Below, one piece after another: positions 8,923 to 18,200 of a DNA stretch of 64,000 bases; position 1 is the stretch's first letter, and each line of letters begins with the position of its first letter. The stretch is from Spirochaetia bacterium (GTDB lineage: Bacteria > Spirochaetota > Spirochaetia > UBA9216), in assembly GCA_963677925.2 (NCBI GenBank), contig CAXXYH010000004.1, forward strand, positions 2,208,001 to 2,272,000. Direction: 5' to 3'. The notes under the pieces are model-generated. The model ran no database searches. It saw only the letters and a list, made by a program, of their open reading frames with translations, and was not told the DNA's origin. The position numbers were made by a program, and so were the translations under genes.

Positions 8923-9674
8923 GCGGAAAGTCAGATATAAGACCCTACGGGGATACCCTTAATGACGGGATGGTGCAGGTAAGTTTCTCCGTCCCGATGC
9001 AGGCAGGGCCGGAAGCCTCTGAAGCGGCTAAGCAGCTTGCTGAGAAGATGGGGCTGCAGAATGTGAGCAATGTATCCAGTCAGGATTTGAGCGAGGGATT
9101 CAGCTTTCACATCCTCTACGGCAAATGCAGCGTTTCTGTAGATGCATCACAAATCAGCATTCCCAGGGTGGAGACCCCGGTTCTAAACTTCTATGAAATT
9201 AACGATCTCATAAAAGAAAAAATAGGAAGAAAGATTAATGTTGTCGGGGCCTGTACCGGCTTTGATGCCCATACAGTCGGTCTGGATGCAATAATGAATA
9301 TGAAAGGCTATGCAGGTGAATACGGGCTTGAACGCTACCCGGAAATCAACACCTGGAATCTCGGAAGTCAGGTGCCCAATGAGGAACTTATTAAAAAGGC
9401 TGTTGAGGTGGAAGCCGATGCGATACTTGTCTCTCAGGTGGTAACCCAGAAGGATATCCATATTAAAAACCTGACAAACCTTGTTGAACTGCTTGAGGCG
9501 GAAAATATAAGAGACCGATTTATTCTGATCGTCGGTGGCCCCCGGATAAGTCATGAGCTTGCCCTGGAACTCGGGTTTGATGCAGGTTTCGGTCCCGGCT
9601 CACTGCCTCCTGATGTTGCATCGTTTATAGCACAGCTTCTGGAGAAAAGGCTGCCGGAACAGAGGGGGTTGTAG
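8919..9674 (+). CDS. kamE: Lysine 5,6-aminomutase beta subunit (B12-binding)
   Basis: RPYGDTLNDGMVQ, B12 motif DAHTVG, PLP lysine in MNMKGYAGEYGLERY. Confidence 0.95.
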   Translation: MSGKSDIRPYGDTLNDGMVQVSFSVPMQAGPEASEAAKQLAEKMGLQNVSNVSSQDLSEGFSFHILYGKCSVSVDASQISIPRVETPVLNFYEINDLIKEKIGRKINVVGACTGFDAHTVGLDAIMNMKGYAGEYGLERYPEINTWNLGSQVPNEELIKKAVEVEADAILVSQVVTQKDIHIKNLTNLVELLEAENIRDRFILIVGGPRISHELALELGFDAGFGPGSLPPDVASFIAQLLEKRLPEQRGL

Positions 9675-9675
9675 A

Positions 9676-10500
9676 TTGGAAAAGCTGATAATTACAGCCG
9701 CGGTCTGCGGTGCGGAAGTTACAAAAGATGATAATCCCAATCTTCCGGTTACGGCTGCGGAGCTTGCGGCTGCAGCGCTTGAAGCAGAACTTGCAGGCGC
9801 CTCGGTTATACACCTCCATGTAAGGGATGAGCAAGGACTGCCGACCCAGAGGCTGCAGTATTTCAGAGCGGCATTCGAGGCGATGAAGCAGGCAGGAGTC
9901 AGTGCGATAATTCAGCCATCTACCGGAGGAGCCGCGGGTATGAGCGCCTCTGAACGAATAGAGGTTCTTGATCTGATTCCGGAAATGGCCACACTTGACT
10001 GCGGTACTATCAACTTCGGGGAAGAGGTTTTTACCAACGATCTGCCTCTGATGAGAAGTATCGCGCAGAGAATGAAGGCTGATAATATTATTCCCGAGCT
10101 TGAATGCTTTGAGACAGGCCATATTTACAACGCTCTCCGGCTTGGCAAGGATGGTCTTCTTCCGGAACATCTGCATTTCAACCTTGTTCTCGGCGTTCCG
10201 GGAGCAATGCCGGCATCGGTAAAAAACCTGCTCTTTCTTGTTGAGCAGCTGCCGCAGGGCGCTACATGGACAGCCTCCGGAATCGGATCTAATCAGCTGC
10301 CTGTTGCAATGCACACAATGATGCTCGGAGGTCATGTCAGGGTTGGATTTGAGGATAATATTTATTATTCAAGGGGCAGGCTTGCCGGAAGCAATGCGGA
10401 GCTTGTGGCAAGAATTGCAAGAATTGCGGAAGAAGCCGGACGGGAGATTGCCTCTCCGGCGGAGGCCAGAGTTATACTTAATATCAGGGAGAAGAAATAA
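9676..10500 (+). CDS. kce: 3-keto-5-aminohexanoate cleavage enzyme
   Basis: KLIITAAVCGAE, IHLHVRD, QPSTGGA, HVRVGFEDN (BKACE family) in a lysine cluster. Confidence 0.93.
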   Translation: MEKLIITAAVCGAEVTKDDNPNLPVTAAELAAAALEAELAGASVIHLHVRDEQGLPTQRLQYFRAAFEAMKQAGVSAIIQPSTGGAAGMSASERIEVLDLIPEMATLDCGTINFGEEVFTNDLPLMRSIAQRMKADNIIPELECFETGHIYNALRLGKDGLLPEHLHFNLVLGVPGAMPASVKNLLFLVEQLPQGATWTASGIGSNQLPVAMHTMMLGGHVRVGFEDNIYYSRGRLAGSNAELVARIARIAEEAGREIASPAEARVILNIREKK

Positions 10501-11535
10501 ATGAAGAAGGGAAATATTTTCGGCCTGCACAGGGTTATTGAGCCGGAAGGGGTACTGCCTCAGCCGGCGCTCAAGATAGATAATTCAATGGATATCTATG
10601 ATAACGAGATACTCATAGATGTTGATACACTTAATATAGATTCCGCGAGTTTTACACAGATAGAAAAAGCCTGCGGCGGGGATGAGAAAAAAATAAGTGA
10701 GATGATTCTATCTATAGTAAACGAGCGGGGCAAGATGCAGAATCCGGTTACCGGCTCAGGCGGAATGCTGATAGGGACTATTGCCGGTGTCGGCGAAAAG
10801 CTGAAAGATCGTGATTTGACCGTGGGGGAAAAAATCATAAGCCTCGTATCGCTATCTCTTACGCCTCTTAAGATTGAAAAGATCATCGAGGTGAAATCAG
10901 ATATCGATCAGGTTCGTGTTAAAGCCCGAGCAGTTCTCTTTGAATCGGGAATTTACGCCAAACTTCCGGAGGGCATGGAGGAGTCGCTTGCCCTGGCTGT
11001 CCTTGATGTAGCCGGGGCCCCCGCACAGACGGCGAAGCTTGTTCAACCAGGTGATACTGTACTGATTATCGGAGCCGGAGGAAAATCAGGACTGCTCTGT
11101 CTGCATGAGGCAAAAAAGCGTGCGGGTGTCAGTGGAAGGGTAATAGGCCTCTCCCACAGCAAAGGCGGGGTTGAGCGTATTAAGAAAACAGGCCTGGCTG
11201 ATATTGTCCTTCAGGCTGATGCATCGAAACCCGTTGAACTTTATGAAATGATCATGGAAGCGACAGCCGGCAGGCTTGCCGATATCGTTATAAACAATGT
11301 CAACGTTCCCGATACCGAGATGGGCTCAATTCTATGTACAAAAGATGAGGGCACCCTGTATTTCTTCAGCATGGCTACAAGCTTTACAAAGGCCGCTTTG
11401 GGCGCTGAGGGAGTCGGCAAGGATATCAACATGATAATCGGAAACGGATACACCAAGGACCACGCGGAAATTACTCTTCAGGTTCTTAAGGAAAATCCTG
11501 TACTCAGGAAAATGTTTGAGGAACTGTATACCTGA
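10501..11535 (+). CDS. kdd: L-erythro-3,5-diaminohexanoate dehydrogenase
   Basis: GLHRVIEPEGVLPQPA, LNIDSASF, GKMQNPVTGSGG, LDVAGAPAQ, FFSMATSF. Confidence 0.95.
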   Translation: MKKGNIFGLHRVIEPEGVLPQPALKIDNSMDIYDNEILIDVDTLNIDSASFTQIEKACGGDEKKISEMILSIVNERGKMQNPVTGSGGMLIGTIAGVGEKLKDRDLTVGEKIISLVSLSLTPLKIEKIIEVKSDIDQVRVKARAVLFESGIYAKLPEGMEESLALAVLDVAGAPAQTAKLVQPGDTVLIIGAGGKSGLLCLHEAKKRAGVSGRVIGLSHSKGGVERIKKTGLADIVLQADASKPVELYEMIMEATAGRLADIVINNVNVPDTEMGSILCTKDEGTLYFFSMATSFTKAALGAEGVGKDINMIIGNGYTKDHAEITLQVLKENPVLRKMFEELYT

Positions 11536-12746
11536 TGATACCGCAGGCAGCTGTCGAAAAATACATAAATTATGAAAGCGTAACCGGTCTTCTCTCGGAA
11601 CTTGTCGGTATACACAGCCCATATTTCAGGGAAACCGGGATTGTAGATTATGTTTACAGCTGGCTTGCGGACAGACATCTGCCTGTGGAACTTTACAGTT
11701 TTTCCGAAGCAAAGATTACCGGAGTAAGCGGCAGGAATGTCGTTGGCGAGCTGTGCGGAAGCAACGGCGGTCCGAAACTTCTTATAAACGGTCATCTTGA
11801 TACGGTGGATATATGCGAAGGGTGGACAAGAAATCCTCTTGACGCTGAAATTGCCGACGGCAGACTCTACGGTCTGGGTGCTCTGGATATGAAGGGCGGG
11901 GTTGCCGCTGCAATGCTTGCTATTGAGGCCTTCAGCATGATTAAACCGGAGTTCCGGGGACGTTTACAGTATACATTTGTAAGCGGCGAGGAAGGGCCCT
12001 ACGGACTTGGAACTGATGCCCTTATTAATGACGGAATAATCAGCAGGGCTGATGCCGCACTTGTTCCGGAGCCCAGCGCCGCCTTCTGCGGTGTCGAGTT
12101 TCCCTGCCTCTGCCTCGGAGCGAGGGGAGGCTGGCATTACACGGTGAAGTTTACCGGACGCAGCGCCCATGCCGCGGCTCCGGAGGACGGCCTGAATGCG
12201 GTCTCCGAGGCGTCAAGGTTTATATGCGAGCTTGAGAAAACAGCCCTTCCGGAAAGAGTGCCGCTTGGAAGGGGTTCGATCTGTATTACCGGAATCAGCG
12301 GAGGCGGGAAAACCTGCTCTGTTGCGGAGGATGCGTCTGTCACGGTGCTGCGGCATGTAACACTCGGTGAGGACCCGCAGCTGCTTATGAAAGAGATTAA
12401 TGCTGCAGCGCAGCGCGCCGGAATCCGCTGTGACTATGAGGTTAAATTCCGGGAGGCTCCGGGGCCGGGAAGTGAGGGCTTTCATCCCTATGTGGTGGAT
12501 AAAAACAGTCCTGAAAGCAGACTCCTGATGGAAAGCATCCTGGATGTTACCGGCCGGGAGGCTGATACAGCTTATTTTTCAAGCATCGGTGATTTTAATT
12601 ATATAAGCAGCAGAGCGGGAATCCCCGCATATATCTTCGGTCCGGACGGAGGAAATTATCACGGTCCGGATGAATACGTAATAATTGATTCAGTGGTGGA
12701 AACCGCGAAAGTAATACTTGATTTTATTATAAGATTTTTTAGGTAG
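11535..12746 (+). CDS. M20 metallopeptidase/deacylase (ArgE/DapE family)
   Basis: NGHLDTV, GLGALDMKGG, GEE, GRSAHAA, HGPDEY; start overlaps the kdd stop and it ends 6 nt before kamA. Confidence 0.88.
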   Translation: MIPQAAVEKYINYESVTGLLSELVGIHSPYFRETGIVDYVYSWLADRHLPVELYSFSEAKITGVSGRNVVGELCGSNGGPKLLINGHLDTVDICEGWTRNPLDAEIADGRLYGLGALDMKGGVAAAMLAIEAFSMIKPEFRGRLQYTFVSGEEGPYGLGTDALINDGIISRADAALVPEPSAAFCGVEFPCLCLGARGGWHYTVKFTGRSAHAAAPEDGLNAVSEASRFICELEKTALPERVPLGRGSICITGISGGGKTCSVAEDASVTVLRHVTLGEDPQLLMKEINAAAQRAGIRCDYEVKFREAPGPGSEGFHPYVVDKNSPESRLLMESILDVTGREADTAYFSSIGDFNYISSRAGIPAYIFGPDGGNYHGPDEYVIIDSVVETAKVILDFIIRFFR

Positions 12747-12752
12747 GTTACC

Positions 12753-14036
12753 ATGAAAGAATACAGCAGAGTCAGCTATAAGGATGTGCCGCTTTACAGC
12801 AATGTAACGGACGAGCAGTGGAATGACTGGCGATGGCAGATGAAGAACTGCATTACCGATATTGAAACACTTTCAAAGATTACAGAGCTTGATGAAAAAG
12901 AAATTGAAGATCTTGAAAAGACGCTTAAAAAGTTCAAGATGTCCATTACCCCCTATTACGCAATGCTTATGGACAGGAGCTACAAACTCTGCTCTGTCAG
13001 GCTTCAGGCAATTCCGAGGGTAGAGGAGCTTAATTACGATGAATCGGACATGGAGGATCCTCTTCATGAGGATGTTGATTCATCGGTGCCCGGACTGACT
13101 CACAGGTATCCTGACCGGGTTCTTCTTCTTGTTACGAGTATCTGTTCAATGAACTGCAGGCACTGTACACGGAGGAGACTTGTAGGCCAGAAGGATACCC
13201 ATATGAGCTGGGACCGGATACAGCTGGCAATTGATTATATTCGGGAGCATACAGAGGTAAGGGATGTTCTTATCTCAGGTGGAGATCCGCTTACGCTTGC
13301 TGATTCATATCTTGAGCGGATACTTAAGGCACTGCGGGAAATCCCGCATGTTGAGATAATCAGAATTGGAACAAGGACTCCTGTCGTAATGCCGATGAGG
13401 ATAACCGATGAACTCACGGACATGCTGAAAAAATATCATCCACTCTATATAAATACTCATTTTAACCATTACTCCGAGGTCACCCACGAGGCAAAGCAGG
13501 CATGCGAAAAACTTGCCAACGCAGGAATTCCGCTCGGCAACCAGAGTGTCCTTCTTCGTGATGTCAACGACTGTCCGAGAATTATGAAAAAGCTCGTGCA
13601 TGAGCTTCTGATGATCCGGGTCAAACCCTATTATATTTACCAGTGCGATCTTTCAAGCGGCATATCGCATTTCAGGGTTTCAGTTTCAAAGGGCATTGAG
13701 ATTGTTGAAAGCCTGCGCGGCCATACAACAGGTATGGCTGTTCCAACATACGTGGTTGATGCCCCAGGCGGCGGCGGAAAAATCCCCCTTATGCCTAATT
13801 ATCTTCTATCGCATTCAGACAAGCGCTATGTGCTCAGAAACTATGAGGGGGTAATTACCACCTATACCCAGCCGGCCAATATCTTTTCGGAATGCTGGTG
13901 CGAGCTGTGTAAAAATGATGAGTACGGGCCTCTGGACGGAGTAGCGAAACTGCTTAACGGAAAAAAGCTTGCCCTGGAACCCAAGGGTCTTGTCAGGAGG
14001 ATGAGGAGCCTGAATGGTAAAAAGCAGGGCGAATAG
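12753..14036 (+). CDS. kamA: L-lysine 2,3-aminomutase (radical SAM/PLP)
   Basis: WNDWRWQ, LTHRYPDR, CxxxCxxC (CSMNCRHC), SGGDPL, DAPGGGGKIP, C-terminal CWCELC Zn site. Confidence 0.96.
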   Translation: MKEYSRVSYKDVPLYSNVTDEQWNDWRWQMKNCITDIETLSKITELDEKEIEDLEKTLKKFKMSITPYYAMLMDRSYKLCSVRLQAIPRVEELNYDESDMEDPLHEDVDSSVPGLTHRYPDRVLLLVTSICSMNCRHCTRRRLVGQKDTHMSWDRIQLAIDYIREHTEVRDVLISGGDPLTLADSYLERILKALREIPHVEIIRIGTRTPVVMPMRITDELTDMLKKYHPLYINTHFNHYSEVTHEAKQACEKLANAGIPLGNQSVLLRDVNDCPRIMKKLVHELLMIRVKPYYIYQCDLSSGISHFRVSVSKGIEIVESLRGHTTGMAVPTYVVDAPGGGGKIPLMPNYLLSHSDKRYVLRNYEGVITTYTQPANIFSECWCELCKNDEYGPLDGVAKLLNGKKLALEPKGLVRRMRSLNGKKQGE

Positions 14037-15063
14037 GCTTATCGATATTATCAATGACAGCTGCGTCGAATCTCTTGCGATAATAGGTCTTGCCAAGAAC
14101 GCGGGAAAGACCGTTACAATGAATACCGTAATTAAGGAAACTCAGCAGCAGGGGCAGAAGATTACCGTAGTTTCATACGGACGTGACGGTGAGGATACTG
14201 ATGCTATAACTCTGAAAAAGAAACCTCATATTTATATCCCCGCCGGTTCATATTTCGTGACAGGCTCGGAAATTCTCAAGCGTACCGGCAGGCAGGCCAG
14301 GGTTATCTGTGAACTGGAAGACCGGGCCCGCATAGGAAGAGTCTGTCTGTATGAAAATGACTCTGAAGGTTTTGAGGTGGAACTGATAGGAGTTAACAGC
14401 AGAAGCGGTATTGCAGGGCTGAAAGAGCAGCTTCCGGATGATTCAGAGCTTCTGCTTATCGACGGGGCTCTTGACCGGCGCAGTTCCGCGGTGCCGGAGC
14501 TCTCCGACGGTATAATCCTTGCAACCGGAGCAGTAGTAGGAAATACAGAGGAGCTCATTGCAGAACGGACACTGGCAGAAATTGAACGCCTGACGCTCCC
14601 GGTATCTGAAGAGCATCCTGAATTAATCGGTAAAATTCTTGGTGATGGACTTTCAGCCGTTATTTATGATGGTGAGATAAAATCTGAAGGGAATACTCTT
14701 TTTAATCTTTCGGATTCTTTCGATTTCAGCAGTGTCGGCAGGAACAGCATCCTTGTCCTCAACGGGGCGCTCACCGACCGTCTTGCAGAAACTCTGCTTG
14801 CGGGGTGTGCCGAGAACTTTTCAATAGTTGTCAGGGACGGTACCCGTGTTTTTCTCAATCAGCGGAATATGAATTTATTCAGAAAGAACGGAATCAGACT
14901 TTCTGTTCAGTCCGGGATTAAACTGCTTGCCCTGACGGTTAATCCCTACAGCCCCTACGGGTTTTCTGCGGATTCGGAAACTCTTGCTGCGAAAATCAGT
15001 GAATACCTTGAAAGTGCAGGTCGGGATATTCCTGTTTATGATGTGCTGTCTGAATCTTATTAA
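14014..15063 (+). CDS. kamB: KamB-like lysine 5,6-aminomutase accessory/reactivase subunit
   Basis: IIGLAKNAGKT, SYGRDGE, LIDGALDR, ILATGA, TVNPYSP; directly after kamA. Confidence 0.75.
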   Translation: MVKSRANRLIDIINDSCVESLAIIGLAKNAGKTVTMNTVIKETQQQGQKITVVSYGRDGEDTDAITLKKKPHIYIPAGSYFVTGSEILKRTGRQARVICELEDRARIGRVCLYENDSEGFEVELIGVNSRSGIAGLKEQLPDDSELLLIDGALDRRSSAVPELSDGIILATGAVVGNTEELIAERTLAEIERLTLPVSEEHPELIGKILGDGLSAVIYDGEIKSEGNTLFNLSDSFDFSSVGRNSILVLNGALTDRLAETLLAGCAENFSIVVRDGTRVFLNQRNMNLFRKNGIRLSVQSGIKLLALTVNPYSPYGFSADSETLAAKISEYLESAGRDIPVYDVLSESY

Positions 15064-15103
15064 AAATTAATGATATTAACGATTATTAAGTTATAATGAT
15101 TTG

Positions 15104-16189
15104 ATGTCATTAAACGCTATTCTTCAGCAGCTCTATTTTACCGGTTTTGTTTTATTTTTCTTTTTTGGATTTCTGCAGCTTAGTCTGAGAAACCGGTTGC
15201 ATTTAAATTTTGCTCTTGCCTTGCTTTTCTTTTCGGGCGGATATGAGCTTTTCTATTATTGGGCATACATATCAAGAACTATCCTGAGAATTTCTTATCT
15301 GATGAATACAGAAATTGCATTAAGTTATCTTATCGGGCCGGTATTTTATTTTTATTTTTCTATGGCTCTGGGGTTTAACTCTCAATTTAAGAAACGGGAT
15401 ATAATACATGCGGTTCCTTTCATTCTTTCACTCTGCCTTATAGTAATTATCAATTATTTTGCACGTAGTGAAAACTTTTATGAACATTTTCGATATGAAT
15501 ATTTTCCTTTTTATGAACAAAGAAATCCTCTGTTTTTAATAGCAACATTCTCTGATATCTCCATTTCAGGCTATATCCTGATGACGCTTTTTAGAATATT
15601 TAAATTGCTGAAAGGAGAGACCCCCGAAAAGGAAATACGTCTGATGATTGTTTTTCTTTTCCTGATGATCATGAGTTCTGTTCTTTTAATATTAGGAGGC
15701 ATGTCAAGACTGATCTTTTTCCTGATTTTGGGAGTAGGCAGCTTTACAGTCATTGGAGCTGTCTATGTATTGTTTTCTTTCAGATATCCTGAACTCAGTA
15801 TGAAGGTTTTAAGGGAAGCAAAGATACTTCAGCAGAATAAATCCAATATTAAAAATATTGATGTTTCATCGATTCTGGAAAACCTGAATGCACTAATGGA
15901 AAACGAAAAACTATATCTTCAGGAGAACATAAACCTTAAATTTTTAAGTTCAAGACTGAAAATAACTTCTCACCAGCTGTCACGAATATTAAATGAATAT
16001 CTTCAAGTCAATTTCAGAACCTATATAAATTCATACCGTATAAAAGAAGCCATTGCTCTTTTGGAATCTTCTCCTGAGCTTGGGATTCTGGAAATATCAA
16101 TTGCAGCCGGATTTAATTCAAAATCATCGTTTTATACGGCATTTCAAAAAGAGACAGGCTGCCTTCCCGCTGAATACCGAAAAAAATGA
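15104..16189 (+). CDS. AraC-family regulator with N-terminal multi-pass membrane sensor domain
   Basis: About 7 hydrophobic segments, then LMENEKLYLQENINL, HQLSRILNE, NFRTYINSYRI, AGFNSKSSFYTAFQKETG; visibly AT-rich. Confidence 0.9.
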   Translation: MSLNAILQQLYFTGFVLFFFFGFLQLSLRNRLHLNFALALLFFSGGYELFYYWAYISRTILRISYLMNTEIALSYLIGPVFYFYFSMALGFNSQFKKRDIIHAVPFILSLCLIVIINYFARSENFYEHFRYEYFPFYEQRNPLFLIATFSDISISGYILMTLFRIFKLLKGETPEKEIRLMIVFLFLMIMSSVLLILGGMSRLIFFLILGVGSFTVIGAVYVLFSFRYPELSMKVLREAKILQQNKSNIKNIDVSSILENLNALMENEKLYLQENINLKFLSSRLKITSHQLSRILNEYLQVNFRTYINSYRIKEAIALLESSPELGILEISIAAGFNSKSSFYTAFQKETGCLPAEYRKK

Positions 16190-16211
16190 GTTCGGAATTA
16201 TAATTCCGGAC
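16190..16211. promoter_or_regulatory. Palindromic candidate operator between the AraC gene and the GLUG genes
   Basis: GTTCGGAATTA|TAATTCCGGAC, one mismatch, with a perfect 16-bp core CGGAATTATAATTCCG. Confidence 0.55.
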
Positions 16212-16268
16212 GAAATCAGACTCCCGTAATGTTAATGTTTTTATATAAAGACCTTTTACGGAGAGTCT

Positions 16269-18170
16269 ATGAAAAAGATAAAAGTTCCTTCAGTAATTAT
16301 TTTGATTGTCCTGTTGATTTCAGTATTGTTTTCAGGATGCGACCCCGATGATCCAGGGCTGGATAGTGATTTATATCTGTATATAGGCTTGTCCCATGAC
16401 AGTGCCGGAAACGGAGCACTTGATGAGGCCGTTACATCAGTGAACGGGATATATTCCGCCGGGGATGAAATAACAGCCACGGCCAAGGCAGATTCCGGCA
16501 GCACCTTTACCGGCTGGTATGATTCAAAGGGCGGCGGCATGCTTGTATCTGCTGAAAACCCTTATACTTTTAATATAGAAGCGGATACCTACTTATATGC
16601 CTATTTTTCTGATTCCGCAGCGGCTGTTGAGCCTTCAGATTCGAAGTCTCCGGCTGAGGTTGCGGATTTTTCCATCTCGCATATCGGCGGAGGCGTTGCT
16701 ATTATGGACTGGACTGATCCGGCGGACAGTGATTTTGACCATGTTGAGATTTCCGTATCGCCTGCCGACATAAGCTCTGTCACAGTACGCAGAGGTATAG
16801 AAAGCGGAACACTTACCGGGCTTAACAGTGAAACCACCTACACCATAACCCTGAAAGCCGTGGATACAGCGGGTGATACCTCTACTGGCATTGCTGTTAC
16901 TGTGGGTATACCTGCTTACTTTACAACGATCAACGTGGATATGCCGGAGAGTTTTACAGCAATAACCATTATCACTGACAGTAACGGGGCTGCGTTGAAC
17001 AGCACTCTCGCATCGGATCTTTCGGGGTACTATATACTGTTGGTTGATATAGATCTTGATGGCATTAGCTGGACACCGGTTGGTAGCGATTCAACCCCTT
17101 TTACCGGCATTTTTGACGGAGGCGGCCATACAATTTCCAATCTGACACTCAGCTCTTCTGATTACTACCAGGGCCTATTCGGATATTCCTCCGGTACATT
17201 GCTGAATGTCCTTCTTGAAAATGTATCCGTTACAGGTACCGGCCATGCGGGAGGTCTGGTGGGTAGGAGTGTCGACGGCTTTATTAGCAACTGCAGTGCA
17301 GTAGGCGACGTTTCGGGTACGAGCAGTGTAGGCGGTCTTGCGGGATCGAACACCGGCACAATAACCGAAAGCTATACCATAGGCAATATCTCAGGTACTA
17401 CGAGTAATGTGGGCGGTCTTGTGGGATACAATAATGGCCCTGTAATCGGCAGCCATGCTGCAGGAACGGTCTCTGGCCCTCAGCATATAGGCGGCTTGAT
17501 AGGAAAGAACGATAATACAGTAACCGGCAGCTATGCTGAAGCTGCAGTCTCGGGGACCTATGCCTACATAGGTGGCTTAACGGGAGAAAACAACGGCGGT
17601 ACAGTAAGCAACTGCCATGCCTCTGGAGATGTCTTAAGCACTGGTGACTGCATTTGCATAGGCGGTCTGATGGGAAGGAATACCGGCGGCACTGTAGCCA
17701 ACTGCTATGCTACAGGGGCCGTTTCTATAGCATCAGGCTTATGTACTAGCCAGTATGCAGGCGGCTTGGTGGGGCACAATAATGGGCAGGTAATCCGCAG
17801 CCATGCATCAGGAACAGTTTCAGGCTCTACCTATGGAGGAGGCTTGGTGGGACAGAATTACGATAACGGTACAATAACCAATTGCTACGCCACAGGAGCT
17901 GCCTCTGGAAATTACACATCAGGAGGCCTGGTAGGAAAGAACTATTCCACAGTAAATTATTCATATGCTAATGAAACGGTAAACAGCGGTTTCCCTTTAA
18001 TTGGACTGAATAGCACAACTGCTACATATACAGGTTCCATGCTTTCGACAGCTCAGATGCAGTCTTCGGGATTTTACGGCAGCAGTTGGGATTTTGTAAA
18101 TACTTGGGCGATCAGCAGCAGTGTTAACAGCGGTTATCCATATTTAAGAGAGCTGGCTGCTTCCTATTGA
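16269..18170 (+). CDS. Surface lipoprotein with Ig/InlB-B-like repeat, FN3-like domain and GLUG beta-helix repeats (copy 1)
   Basis: Lipobox LFSG-C; FTGWY...SAENPYTF; DFDHVEIS..YTITLKAVD; WTPVG..PFTGIFDGGGHTISNL; many GGLVG/GGLAG repeats; NSGYPYL terminus. Confidence 0.82.
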   Translation: MKKIKVPSVIILIVLLISVLFSGCDPDDPGLDSDLYLYIGLSHDSAGNGALDEAVTSVNGIYSAGDEITATAKADSGSTFTGWYDSKGGGMLVSAENPYTFNIEADTYLYAYFSDSAAAVEPSDSKSPAEVADFSISHIGGGVAIMDWTDPADSDFDHVEISVSPADISSVTVRRGIESGTLTGLNSETTYTITLKAVDTAGDTSTGIAVTVGIPAYFTTINVDMPESFTAITIITDSNGAALNSTLASDLSGYYILLVDIDLDGISWTPVGSDSTPFTGIFDGGGHTISNLTLSSSDYYQGLFGYSSGTLLNVLLENVSVTGTGHAGGLVGRSVDGFISNCSAVGDVSGTSSVGGLAGSNTGTITESYTIGNISGTTSNVGGLVGYNNGPVIGSHAAGTVSGPQHIGGLIGKNDNTVTGSYAEAAVSGTYAYIGGLTGENNGGTVSNCHASGDVLSTGDCICIGGLMGRNTGGTVANCYATGAVSIASGLCTSQYAGGLVGHNNGQVIRSHASGTVSGSTYGGGLVGQNYDNGTITNCYATGAASGNYTSGGLVGKNYSTVNYSYANETVNSGFPLIGLNSTTATYTGSMLSTAQMQSSGFYGSSWDFVNTWAISSSVNSGYPYLRELAASY

Positions 18171-18200
18171 TTGGTTTCGATTATGTATTACGGAGAAATT

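Noticed and set aside
12753-14036. EF-P modification enzyme EpmB or osmolyte-synthesis AblA
   Set aside because: No efp/epmA or ablB acetyltransferase is adjacent; the gene sits among catabolic kamDE, kce and kdd
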